Positions 49,874-62,669 of a stretch of DNA of 64,000 nucleotides are shown here, one piece after another (within the stretch, counting starts at the first letter, position 1; every line of letters begins with the position of its first letter). This stretch comes from Amoebophrya sp. A120. Its lineage: Eukaryota; Protista; Dinoflagellata. Location of the stretch: assembly GCA_905178155.1 (NCBI GenBank), contig CAJINV010000028.1:41761-105760 (forward strand). The letters run 5' to 3'. The position numbers were made by a program, and so were the translations under genes. The notes beneath the pieces are model-generated. The model was not told where the DNA came from. It saw nothing but the letters and a program-made list of their open reading frames with translations, and searched no databases.

Positions 49874-51457
49874 AGACTGAACTTTTTTCAATAACGAATC
49901 CCGACCGGAAAACCGCCATTTTTGGGCGGGCAAACTGCCCGAAAAGCAGTTTGCGCTGTCCCCAGCAGGCCGTCTGAAGGGGACGGGCAAACTGAACTTT
50001 TTTCAAAAATCAATCACGAGCGGACACCCGCGATTTTTGGACGGGCAAACTGCCCGAAAAACAGTTTGCGCTGTCCCCAGCAGACCGTCTGAAGGGGACG
50101 GGCAAACTGAACTTTTTTCAAAAATCAATCACGAGCGGACACCCGCGATTTTTGGACGGGCAAACTGCCCGAAAAGCAGTTTGCGCTGTCCCCAGCAGAC
50201 CGTCTGAAGGGGACGGGCAAACTGAACTTTTTTCAAAAATCAATCACGAGCGGACACCCGCGATTTTTGGACGGGCAAACTGCCCGAAAAGCAGTTTGCG
50301 CTGTCCCCAGCAGACCGTCTGAAGGGGACGGGCAAACTGAACTTTTTTCAAAAATCAATCACGAGCGGACACCCGCGATTTTTGGACGGGCAAACTGCCC
50401 GAAAAGCAGTTTGCGCTGTCCCCAGCAGACCGTCTGAAGGGGACGGGCAAACTGAACTTTTTTCAAAAATCAATCACGAGCGGACACCCGCGATTTTTGG
50501 ACGGGCAAACTGCCCGAAAAGCAGTTTGCGCTGTCCCCAGCAGACCGTCTGAAGGGGACGGGCAAACTGAACTTTTTTCAAAAATCAATCACGAGCGGAC
50601 ACCCGCGATTTTTGGACGGGCAAACTGCCCGAAAAGCAGTTTGCGCTGTCCCCAGCAGACCGTCTGAAGGGGACGGGCAAACTGAACTTTTTTCAAAAAT
50701 CAATCACGAGCGGACACCCGCGATTTTTGGACGGGCAAACTGCCCGAAAAGCAGTTTGCGCTGTCCCCAGCAGACCGTCTGAAGGGGACGGGCAAACTGA
50801 ACTTTTTTCAAAAATCAATCACGAGCGGACACCCGCGATTTTTGGACGGGCAAACTGCCCGAAAAGCAGTTTGCGCTGTCCCCAGCAGACCGTCTGAAGG
50901 GGACGGGCAAACTGAACTTTTTTCAAAAATCAATCACGAGCGGACACCCGCGATTTTTGGACGGGCAAACTGCCCGAAAAGCAGTTTGCGCTGTCCCCAG
51001 CAGACCGTCTGAAGGGGACGGGCAAACTGAACTTTTTTCAAAAATCAATCACGAGCGGACACCCGCGATTTTTGGACGGGCAAACTGCCCGAAAAGCAGT
51101 TTGCGCTGTCCCCAGCAGACCGTCTGAAGGGGACGGGCAAACTGAACTTTTTTCAAAAATCAATCACGAGCGGACACCCGCGATTTTTGGACGGGCAAAC
51201 TGCCCGAAAAGCAGTTTGCGCTGTCCCCAGCAGACCGTCTGAAGGGGACGGGCAAACTGAACTTTTTTCAAAAATCAATCACGAGCGGACACCCGCGATT
51301 TTTGGACGGGCAAACTGCCCGAAAAGCAGTTTGCGCTGTCCCCAGCAGACCGTCGGAAGGGGACGGGCAAACTGAACTTTTTTCAAAAATCAATCACGAG
51401 GGGACACCCGCGATTTTTGGACGGGCAAACTGCCCGAAAAGCAGCTTGCGCTGCCCC
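49874..51457. repeat. 115-bp tandem satellite, ~14 copies
   Basis: GAAGGGGACGGGCAAACTG recurs every 115 bp from 49976 to 51356. Internal copies are essentially identical and edge copies are degenerate. Confidence 0.97.
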
Positions 51458-51699
51458 CTGAAGGTGGTCTGCAGGTTGCGCGGTTTACGGATCTCTCGTC
51501 TCGAAAAGCAGTTTGCAAGAACTGCACGAAAAGCAGTTGCACAGCTGGTAAACGAATACAGCATGAAGAAGCACGAGATAAACCTCAAAAACACCAAACC
51601 CAGAGGGGACGAAGAAGAACATGTTGAACCGAAAATTGAATCACAGCACAATCAAATCAGTTTTCACGATGCAGCACAAGTGACAAAACGTTCCTGATG

Positions 51700-52170
51700 G
51701 TGCAACACATACACCATCATTCAAAACCGACTGCCACGACTACGAAGATGTGCGGATCCTGTGCTCGTTGCACCTTCAAAACGAAAAGCACCTTAGACAG
51801 ATAAACAATCCGTCTCGCCGCGGCAGACCCTAATGCCAGGCAAGCAGCAGGAACAGGATCAGAAAACGACAACGAGAGTGGAAATTGACGACTTCGATAT
51901 ATCCTTCATTCATCACAACAAGGACCGACGCCGCAGAAGATTTACATATGCATATCATTTGATGTTAATCGCGATGCCGATTCCGAGGCCTAAAAGTTCG
52001 CGAACTGCACTAAGTACTTCTTTCCGAAAATTCTTGTGATCGTTCTTCGAGCACTGCTGCAATGACTGGAAAGTTGAACAACCAAGGGCAGCGATGTGCA
52101 GGCATCTCGCAATTCTGCCACAGACGGCAGACCATCAAACTGGCGGCGCCTTTTGTCTGTTGCACTCGGA
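51700..52170. repeat. Diverged paralog of ~59060-59490
   Basis: Shared blocks TGCCACGACTACGAAGATGTG, GACGACTTCGATATATC and CATCACAACAAGGACCGAC. Confidence 0.85.
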
Positions 52171-52559
52171 TTTTTCGCAACTCACATTTTCCGATGTTCC
52201 TATGCCCAAAACATTCATCAGATGTACAAGAGTTTGAAGTACTTCTATTACTACGTACGCACGACCCAACTTTTACAGAAGTTTCAACAATATGGATTTG
52301 ATTTTTGACTGTTATTATGGCGATCTTCAGACAATCGCTGCTTTCATTGGCTTCATCGACGTTGGAAGCATTGACTACTTTCGTTTTTCCTTTTGAATTT
52401 GAAATTGGTAGAAGTAAGAAAATTATGCGACCTTGTAGTATTTTACGCACGACCTCGCACTGCGACAGCACTTTTGGCGTCGCCTGAGTACTATCGGCAT
52501 AGTAGAATTGCGCCTCTCCTGATTGCAACGGCACGGATGTTGTTGCACCGGATCAGAAG

Positions 52560-55500
52560 AGTGTCGCGCTCGGTGGCCGAGGGAAGGATCTCCGAAGGAT
52601 GATGTAGCTGAAGGGGAAACCGGGCCTGTTCAAACAGCGCAAGAACTCGCGCGACTTTGTTCTCGCTACAGCGTCAGTTTGCTTTTGCTACTAGTAGCCC
52701 CCGACGACGTGCTGATGGTGTTGCTCTGCTTGTTCTTTTCCATGATCTTCCCGTTCTGCTTGAGCAAGTTGCTCTTCTGCTTGTTTTTTTCCATGATGAG
52801 CCCGTTCACAGCGAACGGATTATCCATCTCTTCTTCCAGCTTGAGCTGCAGTGGGTCGAAGGCGTCCTCGCGGTCCAACTTCCCCCCGCTTTTTTTCCTT
52901 TTCGTCGGCTTTTGGTTTTTCATCTTCTTTGTAGTCATCTTCGTCGGCTTTTTCTGCTGCGCCACTGCTGCGCTCTTCGCCTTTCCGTTCATTTTCTTCG
53001 CTTTATTTTTCTTGCGCTCCACATTCTGCCGCATCTCCTCCGCCTTCTTGTGCGCGAATGCCGGATCGTTCTTGAGTTTCTGCAGGAGCTGCTTTTTTAG
53101 CTCGACGAAGGACGACTGTTGCGTGACATAGGTCAGAAAACGACCCTGCACTTCAGTGTTCGGATTCTCTTTTCGCCATTGCTGCGTATCGCGTTCTCGA
53201 CTGTTACGTTCTCAACTGTAACATGAATTTGTGACGCAAGAGTGGCATAAGTCAAAGCAAGGAGGGAGGTTGGACCTATAGCATTACAAATTTCGCACAG
53301 GAGGTATAGGCCCTGTTTGGCCTTTCCAAAATTTCTCATGCGAAGTAGCTCCACCTTGTGGAGGATGTTGATGTTCATTTTGCATCACAAATCATGTAAC
53401 GGTTGACAGTGTAACATTTGAGAGTCCCATACGTCAGCGCAAGGCTTTGCGCCAGCAGATCCGGCCTGTGGCGGAAGCTGGTGATCGCGATTCTTATCCA
53501 GTGGAAATATGACTGGGTCAGGGGGGTAATTACGAGATTTGTCATGTTGGTCTAGCATGGATCTGAACTCCCACTCAGTATTGCGTGGCTACGAAAAGGT
53601 TCTCATCGTCTGCCATGCAAAAGCACACCTTCTGGCTCCGATGTCATGCGGCACAGATGACACAGAGGCATGAAAAAATATGTCATACTCAACAGTGCAC
53701 TGCAGTGCGCATCTGATCGACTCTCATGTAACATCACAAATTTATTCCAGACCCAGACGCGTTCGAAAATTGCATAATTTTCTGCTTGTTCACGTTGACC
53801 TTCCCATTCCTCCCGCTGCGGCTTTCCGTGATGGACTTCTTCTTTCCAGGTATCAACTGCAAATACGTCTGTGGCAGGAGGAGGAGTGCGTTTATTCCGT
53901 GCCTGCGAGAAATCCATGATCTCGTGAGGAGCGGTCGCTTTCTTGTCTTAACTGCAAACCAAGGCTGCATGTGAGTGCAAAACACGTTTTGCGCAAGACC
54001 TCAACGTATGCTCTTCGTTTCTTCGTTTTGGTTTTCCATGCCTATTGTGCATGACAATTTTAAAATTACTTGTGGACATGGTAAGGAGGCATCAAAGTTC
54101 GTTCGGCGCGTGCCGCGTACGACGAGTTTTTGTGTGTTCTCGAGCAGCCAGCATCGCAAGAGCAAGCTTGCGCCACTCCTCCTTCCTACCCGAGAGATAT
54201 TTGCTGTTCGTAGTCGTCCTATGCTTACAAGTTGTTCTGCGCGGTTTGGAAGGTTTTTTTTCTGCAGCTTTTTCGTCATGATTTCCTTCCGGGTCAACTT
54301 CATCTCGATCTGCAGCCTGTTTGAGACAGAGCCTGCTTGAAGCGGGGCGCTTTTAGAAATTCCAGCCACAGTTCTACAGCTACTTCAAGTCCCATCCCTA
54401 CTTCAAGCACTTCTACTACTACTACTTCCCAACAAATCAAGCCCATTCACAAAAAGGGGCGAACAATTACAGCGAAAAAGCATAGAGCGCATGGCTGTAC
54501 CTGGCTCCCCTTCTTCCTCTTCTTCGTTTTCTTGGCCTGCTTCGCTTTCTGCTGCTTCCGAATGAAATCCCCCACGTCATCCTCGCCACTTTCTTCATCC
54601 TCGTCACTTTCCGGGCGGCCAATCTCATCGCCTGGCAGGAGTACTTGTTGTTCGAGGCTGGCAGGTATCAAGAGCAAATATGTCTGGGTCTGGGTGGTCT
54701 TGCTTCTTTGTCATGCTTATTTTTTCTGCGATCACGCAGATGCTGATCTGGAATGCGGACACAAAACGGGAAGCAGTGCGGCTCACTGTGTATTCCGGTG
54801 CTTGTGTCACAAGCTGCGATGGCAGTCTTCAGCCTGCGCAACAAGCTGCAATGGCAGTCCTCAGCTTGCGGCACAAGCTGCAGTGGCAGTCGCAGTCTTC
54901 AGTTTGCATCACAAGGCATGAGTCATCTTCCAGCTCCAGGCGCATTTTCACTCGATAACAAAAATACCCGGATCCATCTCGCTCGAGGAGGAGGAAGAGG
55001 CTGCGGCGGCCGGTCTCTTGCGAAGGATTTGTTGTTTTTTCGACAAGGTTTGCTGCTGATTTCCCCCAGCAAGCTGCTGCTGTTTTCCCCCAGGAAGCTG
55101 CTGCTGATTTCCCCCAAGTATCAAATGCAAATATGTCTGGGTCTGGAAATTTGTAATGCTAAAATGTGCATGATGAAAACTACACTTCCTCACGCAGGAA
55201 AGCATGACAAGTCTATCATACGAACTCCGCATGGGAAACTGCGGCTTTGTATGACGTGTAAGGCTGCCACTTTTGTTGGTGATGCAATACAACTTTCACA
55301 GGAATGGGCGATCAGCGTTACAAGTTCCAACTTTCCAGACCCAGACGCTTTTACATTTGACACCAAGAAGCTGCTGCTGATTTCCCCCAAGAAGCTGCTG
55401 CTTATTTCCCACAAGAAGCTGCTGCTGATTTCCCGCAAGAAGCTGCTGCCGATTTCCCCCAACAAGCAGCTGCTGCTGATTTCCCCCAAAAAGCTGCTTC

Positions 55501-56178
55501 TGATTTCTTTCAAGAAGCTGCTTCTGATTTCCCCCCGGCGCCAGTACCTGCAGTGCGCTGCTGCTACTACCCAACTGATCTCCTTCGGCGTCATCTTCAT
55601 CTCGATCATGTTCATCTTCATCAAAATTCGTGTCGAACATGTTCTCCTCATCGTCATCTTCATCAAAATTTGTGTCGAACATGCTCTCTTATGCAATACA
55701 AGACTCTTGCATCGCATTAGCATAAAAAATCGCTATACATTCATATACAAATTTCGACTTTATCATAAACAAAACTGCTATTTGTCATGCAGACCCCTGC
55801 AGAGCACGAACACCAGTCAGATTTGTCATGCATGGTTGCGATTTGCATAGATAGTATTTATTAGTAGAGCCGCGATGCTTATTTTGCAGTGGATATGTCC
55901 ATCTGTTTGTGTTTCATTGCCTGCAGCGGATCATTGCCGAGTGGAAGCAGCGCCGGCACCAGAGACGAGGACGCAGATGAACTGCTTGTGGGTTTGGTGA
56001 AACGAGCCAACGCGGAAGAAGATGATGCTCCGGCTCTTCCTAGCTGTGCGGAAGAAGATGATGCTCCGGCTCTTCCTCGCTGTGCGGAAGAAGATGATGC
56101 TCCGGCTCTTCCTAGCTGTGCGGAAGAAGATGATGCTCCGGCGGTTCTTGCCAGCTGGCCTCGCCCCATTTTATGCAC
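52560..56178 (-). CDS. Hypothetical low-complexity multi-exon gene(s): K-rich, (GGNQQQLL)n and (GRAGASSSSAQ)n exons
   Basis: ORFs 52666..53151, 54447..54677, 55296..55682 and 55879..56178; introners at 53495-53776, 54666-54957 and 55119-55362. Confidence 0.5.
55119..55362. mobile_element. Introner inserted in a coding minisatellite
   Basis: GTCTGGGTCTGGAAA TIR; perfect CCAAG flanking repeat; removing the element plus one repeat restores LLGGNQQQ. Confidence 0.92.
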
Positions 56179-56387
56179 CGAGAAAGCATCGTCGCTGCAA
56201 CAGTTCTATATTGCAACGCGCATTGAGCTCACTACTCTTGCATGCCAAAGACAGGCTCTACTTCACTATGGATGCAGGGATTGCGCTTGCAATTACTGCG
56301 AGCATGAAGATGGTTTTGTGTGGGATAGATGTCGGACGCGGAGCTATCTACCTGCAGGTCACCCTCACCGTCCGAGCTATCTGCCCC

Positions 56388-56752
56388 TATTCTGTGTAAA
56401 AACGTCCCCACCCCAGAGTCAAGATGGGAATTTTGCAACACAAACCTTCGAGTTTTGGGAGTCACGCATGACATAAACAGACTGTGCAACTACAGGATGG
56501 CATTGTGTTTCGGGTGAGTTGATCAACCCAAAGACGCCGCCACCCCGCATGACAAGTTGCACGCTGTAGTTTATTCGTGCAGTTGAGCAAGGAAAGCCGC
56601 ATGTCAAATCCATCCCCCTATCCTGTTTACAGCATTACAAGTTCCAAAACACCACGCTGGGAAATGCCCTTATGGGGATGCGCATTACACGTGCTCTTGT
56701 GCTTGCAGATCTGCGTGACAACTCTGGATTGGGGATGTTTTTACACAGGATA
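56388..56752. mobile_element. Introner-like element, AAAAACGTCCCCA family
   Basis: TIR TATTCTGTGTAAAAACGTCCCCA / TGGGGATGTTTTTACACAGGATA. Confidence 0.85.
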
Positions 56753-59608
56753 GCACTTTCGGGGTGTTCATCTTGCGTTTTGTAGTCCGGGTCATTCGAT
56801 TGGCTCGACGGACAGCTCGGCAGGTACGAACTGCTTGACGTATCGAAGCGTCAGGACCGAAAACGACAGAGTTGAAATTCTTTCATTTCGTCATGCATAA
56901 AATGCAAGCCGCAAAAACAAAATGCTTGTATTGGAGAGCTAGAAAGCAATGCCAATAGTACCCTGAAGCAGTTCTTTTCTTTGCCCAAAAAACAGGACAA
57001 GCTGGATTTTAGTTCTACCAAGATTTGTCATGCGCCGCTAGGAAATTGGAATTGGTGGCCAAGGCAAAGAAACAAACTGGCGTCGATCACGAGGCTATCA
57101 TGCTTTAGAGATTAGCACTTCAGCTTACTTCTGTGATTTCGGTCCTGACATTTCCTACGTCCTTTCGCTGTTGTAGTTCCCGATGTCCCGCATGCCACGG
57201 AATTTTTTCTCTCGCGGTTCGATATGCAATACAAAAGTTAATATCGAATGCGTGCTTGAGCTTGAGGACGACTTGACTTGACTTCTGGTTAAGGAAGACT
57301 TGCCTTCTGGTTGCAAGAAAGCATGACAAAACTGGCCCCCTCGGCATTAATTCACCACAACAAATTTTTCCATGCGTCACGCGGAGCAGGTTTGACGTCT
57401 TTCAAAATTCGACTACTACCAGAGTAGCACTTTTGCAATGCATATCCGACGGCCTTCTGCAACAGCGGCACTGTGTTCTTGAAATGGTGTGGCCGGCCTT
57501 CAAGCCACTTACCCCGTAGCTCGTCTTGTTGTGGGCGCGACATCTGAAAGGCGTTGTACTTGTATGTCTTCACCAAACTTGTATTTAGGAACTCACGCAA
57601 ACATGACTGAAAAACAGGTCGTGAATGGCCGGCACAAGATGAGACGGATCATCACCATACATCAACTAGAGCTACTGCAACTGCTTCCTTCTTTTTTATA
57701 AGTACTTCTGGTTCATCTTTGATGAAAAGTGAAAGTCGCTTCCATGCTAGAGTGCGAGAAAACTGCCCTCGCGTGACTAGGGTAAAAAAAATCCAATTTT
57801 CCACCGAGGATGAGTATTGCAATCGGAGATGTAGAAGTTGGACCGATGAGAGTTTCTTGGACCTGCACCTGACGAGCCGCACTTAGGTCTACCAAGCCCC
57901 CCTGCCGCTCACATAAGAACAAATGAGTAAGTGACTCGTCGTTGCGGTTGCTAGACCCTCTTTCGCTTGCCCCAAGATGCAAAAAGTGAGAAAAAAAGAA
58001 AAACTGCGCTCACATTGAAACAAAAGACAGCCCCGCCGAAGCGCGAAGCCCAACTCATTTTCTCACATATATAAATAACGGCTGTGGTAGCTGCACGCAT
58101 AGGTTTTTGCCGAATGCTCACTCTCGTACCTGCAAGCAAGATCAAACCTCATGAAAAAAACTACGTCCTGCAGAGCGGCCGCGTATGTAGGCAGGCTGAG
58201 CCAGCCGAAGGGTGAACGCAAAGGAAAAAAAACGAACAGAATGAAAAGAGAAGTATAGGGCCTCCACGAGTAATGACACGCCCTTGTAAAACCCAGCGCT
58301 GTGCGCTTGCTTTTCGATACTCAATATTTTGACGTCTCTGCTGGTGCGGTGAAACTCAATCATCGCAGCGCCATTTCTCTACTTTATCGTGATATTTAAG
58401 GTGGAGTTGTTCCTCTCGATATCATCTTTAATTATCTTCTGCGCGTGCGCCCGCTCCATCTCCTCCTGCCGCCTTTGCTCCTTCTCCCGCAGTAGGTGGC
58501 TCTTCACCTGGACATGAGCAGTGGGGGTAGTGCTTCTCCTGCACTAGGTGGCTCTTTTCCTGGACATGAGCAGTGGGGGGTGCTTCTCCGGCAGCATTTG
58601 GGGGCGCTTCTCCGGCAGTAGGAGGCTCCTCTTCTGCCAGTAGCATGATACCGTAGAACGTAACGCAGCAGGCGAGATGGAGTTGATGAATTCAAAACTC
58701 TCAAAACGTCATGTTTTTAGGCATCCAGCACAACTAGAATTTCAATTAGATGAACGGAGACCTGCTCCTCGTTGTGGATCAGTGATGAAGAGAGCACACA
58801 CAGCGCACCTGCAGCTGTAGTGGTGCCATGAAAGAGCAGAATTCGTGAAAAGAATTACGCAACTATCTAAGGTAAGTAAATGAATGTGTATGTGCTTCAT
58901 CATCTATCAGACTAGAAGAAAAGTTGCCTCATTGTACTCCTGGAAGTTGTCCAAATTAATTTTATTTGGCTGCGATCAGATTCAGGACCGAAGATCGAAT
59001 TTCATGAGGAAACCGCATCAGTTCTCACGGAAGCAAGATAGATTGAAGACACAGCGACAGCACATGATCCATCATCATTAAGAACCGCTTGCCACGACTA
59101 CGAAGATGTGTGCATCCTGTGCTCACTACACCTTGAAGACGGAAAGCACGAAGACCGATAAAAAGTCTGCCTCGCCGCGGCAGATCGTAACGAAAAGCAA
59201 GGAGCAGGTAACGAGGGTGGAAACTGACGACTTCGATATATCATTCATCCATCACAACAAGGACCGACACCGCAGATGCATATTTATACCATTCGATCTC
59301 GATCCCGATGAGGATGACTAGTTCGCAAATTGCACTACTTCTTTCCGATGATTTTTGTGCTCGTTCTTCAAGAACTGCTGCGATGACTGGGAAGTAAGTC
59401 GAACAAGGGCAGCGATTTGCAGGCATCTCGCAATTACGCCACAAACGGCAGTAGACCGACAAACTCGCGGCGCTTTCTGTCTGTCATGCTCGGCTTATTT
59501 TTCGGGTTTGTGGACAACGCTAAAAACCGCCATGAAATTCATCGGAACAACAGCGCGGGTTGTTGTTCGTCTCGATATAGCATTTTTTGTGTTCAAGGTA
59601 TAAGCTGC

Positions 59609-62600
59609 TCATCTCGATGTAGTCATCTCCTGCTCCCGCTGCTTCTCCTCCTTCTCGCGCTCCTCCCTCTCCATCTCGAGTTCTATCGCATGCACGAGCT
59701 CTATTTCCAATCGCTCTTCCTCGGAATCACGGTCAGGATCATACTCATAGACGAGCGGGCCGAACATGTCCGGGTTATGTTCCGGCACGAAGTTCGGGCC
59801 CTCAGGAAAGAGCTGTCCATAAGTTGCCCACAAGAAAGCCTCCTCGGTTTCTTCGTCCTCCACAGCGTCCTCTGCCCCATTTTCGTCGATGTTTTCACCA
59901 GCCGGGTCGATTTTAGCCACGTCGCGGAGGAACTCGTTCTCGGTCTGGCGTTCGTTTACCGTCTATCACATGCAAAAGTGTCTGGGTCTGGAAGATTGCA
60001 AGACTTGTGGAGGTGCAGATTCTCGATGACCCATGAGGCATCATGGCATGCAGCACCTGGCATGACAGATTCTGTGAGACCTCTACTATGCCTGTCCTGC
60101 ATGAGAAACTGCCTCTCAACTTGTCCAGAAGTGGCCATCTTTTCGGTAATCATGCAACACAAATTTTAACTTTTGGCACGATCCAGATTTAGCATGACAG
60201 ATTGCAACCTTCCAGACCCAGACATATTTGCAGTGCCTACCGTCGTCGCAACTGCATTAAGAGCTTTGTCTTGCTCTACTTCGCTTCGATTTGCCAAAAC
60301 AACTCCAGCTGGAGGTGCATCTCCCGAGGACAGCAGCGGCTGCCCGAGCTGCCCGGTAGAAGTTCTACTACTTCTCGCCGGACCCTCTGCTTGTTGTGCT
60401 TCTTCTTCTAAAGCCACCGGATCGGCTCTTCCAGAAACGAGACCTCCTTCCTGCCCCGACTGCAGGTGCAGCGCCGTGGCGACGACGTTGACGTTCAGGT
60501 GGTCCAGAGCGGGGGCATTCGAGGTTTTACCCAACTCTGTTGCAGGACGACCGGGAGCAACCTTTGCTGGCTCGTGCAATGACACCTTGTTCATCATTTT
60601 CCGTGGCTCCTCCCGGACCACCGCAGCCTTTGCTTTCGGACCTGGTGCGCCATCACCCCCTTCTTGTAAAGATTTTATTGTCATCTTCCCTGTAGTTCTC
60701 TTCGCTGCCACTTTGGTGGTGGTGGTGCCGGTGGTTTTGATGTTCTTTCCTGCCTTTCTCCCGGACTTATTCGAGCCAACAATGGAAGATGAAGAACTAC
60801 TCCCCCCGCCATTCGAAGACTGCAACTCCGCGCTCAACGCGGCAAAATCGTCCTCCAACTTGTTCGCTTCCTCGTTGTCGTCGTCGATTTTATTAGCCGG
60901 GTTGTGCTGCTCGTGTTCCTCTTGTGCGATTGGAGAGTCGTCAACATTGTGGTCGTACCTGTCGTGGTCTTATGCATTGCAAAAGCATCCTAGGTTACCC
61001 CTATCGCACTAGCGCTAATTGCATGACCGATTTTGATTTAGATTTTCAGCTTAATTATATCAAAAACAGAAAAACCACTTGGTCATGCGCATGCAGATAA
61101 GAAGAGTCTAGATCTGCCACGCAAAAATACAGCAGTTATTGTTTAGGTGTAGGGCACACACTTTGGCACGCAGGATAATATGTCGTCGACATTAATATTC
61201 GCGTCTCTGCCCCACTCCTCACGGTCGTCGGCGTTCGCGTTGTCGTCGTTAGTATAATACTTGTCGTATGCATTGCAGAAGTAAAATCGTTCTAGTAGTA
61301 CGTAAGTAATTCTTGCATGATAAACAAGTTGTCGTCAAAACCTCAAGAACAAAAATGCAACTTGTATATGTAGACCAAGGCAAGAGCTCCGCCTTAAATC
61401 TGTCAGTGTCACACAAGAGAGGCCGCAATTGACGCGACCAGGAGTCGGAAGCAAAAACTTTTGCAAAGGATAGATCGTCGCCACTGTCGCCGCCGCCCTT
61501 GCTCTCCTGGCACATGTAGTCACTGCCCCCGTCGCGCTTGTGGTTGCCGTCATCTTTCCCGCTGTCCTCGCTGGCGTTGCCGGCGCCCCCCGCGGCGTCG
61601 GCGGCGTCTGTGGCGCTCGAGGGGTCCGGCCCCCTCGGCGGCAGCGGGAGCGCCACCGCAGCGGGGGCACCACCGCACGAATCGCCGTCGAGCAAATCCA
61701 ATTCGGGTATCGCTGCGTTTCCACCACTAAAATCCGACGCGACCGAAGTTTATCGATTACAAATACCTATGTCTGGGTCTGGAAGAAAGCAGATGTTTGT
61801 CATGCACATTTTGTCTGAGTCTGAACCGTTGCGTCGGTATATGTAAATGTATGCCCTAGAAGCATCACACATTTTCCAAGTTCCCTATGCCGCATGACAA
61901 ATGTTCTCTCCGTGTTGCAAAACTCGCACGACTCTTGTTGCTGGTCAGGAAATACAGCTTCTTCTACTTAGATTCGTTCCAAGAGCAGCAGCGCGCTTCG
62001 AACTCTACCGCGAGATGACCCAGACGCTTTTGCAATGCGTACAGTCCCTGCAGTGCTGCGCGGACGATCTGCCGCGCCATTGTCCGACCACACCTCGTCC
62101 TGCGTCATCTCCTTCGGCACGAAAAATTCGTCACTCGCTTGCTCGCCAGCAATCGTTTCCTTGTCTCTGGCTGCACCAGGGGCGAGGCTTTTTTCCGTGT
62201 CAGCCTGAACCTCAACGTGTTTACCCTCCGAAGCCGGAACGTGGTCCGATGTACTCCCGGCTTTGCTCTTGGTGCCTTTCTCAGCTGCTGCAAGTTCCTT
62301 TTGTTCTTCTTGTGGATCCACTACAGCTGCAGTACCAGCAGGAGTAGCAGTGGGCGGCGCAGGCGGCTTTTCCGCAACCTGTAGCTCCATCTTCTTCTTC
62401 CCGCTGTCGCTGGCGTTGCCGGCGCCCGGGGCGTCTGCAGTGCTCGATGGGCCCGGCCCCCTCGGCGGCATCGGGGGCTCCACCGCACGAAAGGCCTCGA
62501 GATCCCGAATGTATTCCTCGTAGGCTCGGCGCTGGGGCCCAGGCGCCCCGAGGAACGCAAAGGGCGCTGCGGCCGCAGAAGTCCTCGTCTCCCCGGCCGC

Positions 62601-62669
62601 TTCTACCGCTAGGGTGCCACCGGTCGCGGTCCCGGGTGTAGTTGCGGTGGCGTCAGCGGCTCCAAACAT
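59609..62669 (-). CDS. Hypothetical multi-exon A/G/E-rich protein
   Basis: ORFs 61968..62669, 61249..61701, 60166..60858 and 59609..59920 are separated by introners at 61751-62041, 61267-61472, ~60971-61177 and 59964-60239 (flanking repeat CCGTC). Duplicated PPRGP(D/G)PSS motif. Confidence 0.6.

Noticed and set aside
49874-51457. 115-bp array as CRISPR or 5S rRNA genes
   Set aside because: There are no unique spacers, and I see no recognisable 5S sequence.
54753-55850. 365-aa plus-strand ORF with (KKLLLISP)n
   Set aside because: It is the antisense of the GGNQQQLL repeat and runs through an introner.
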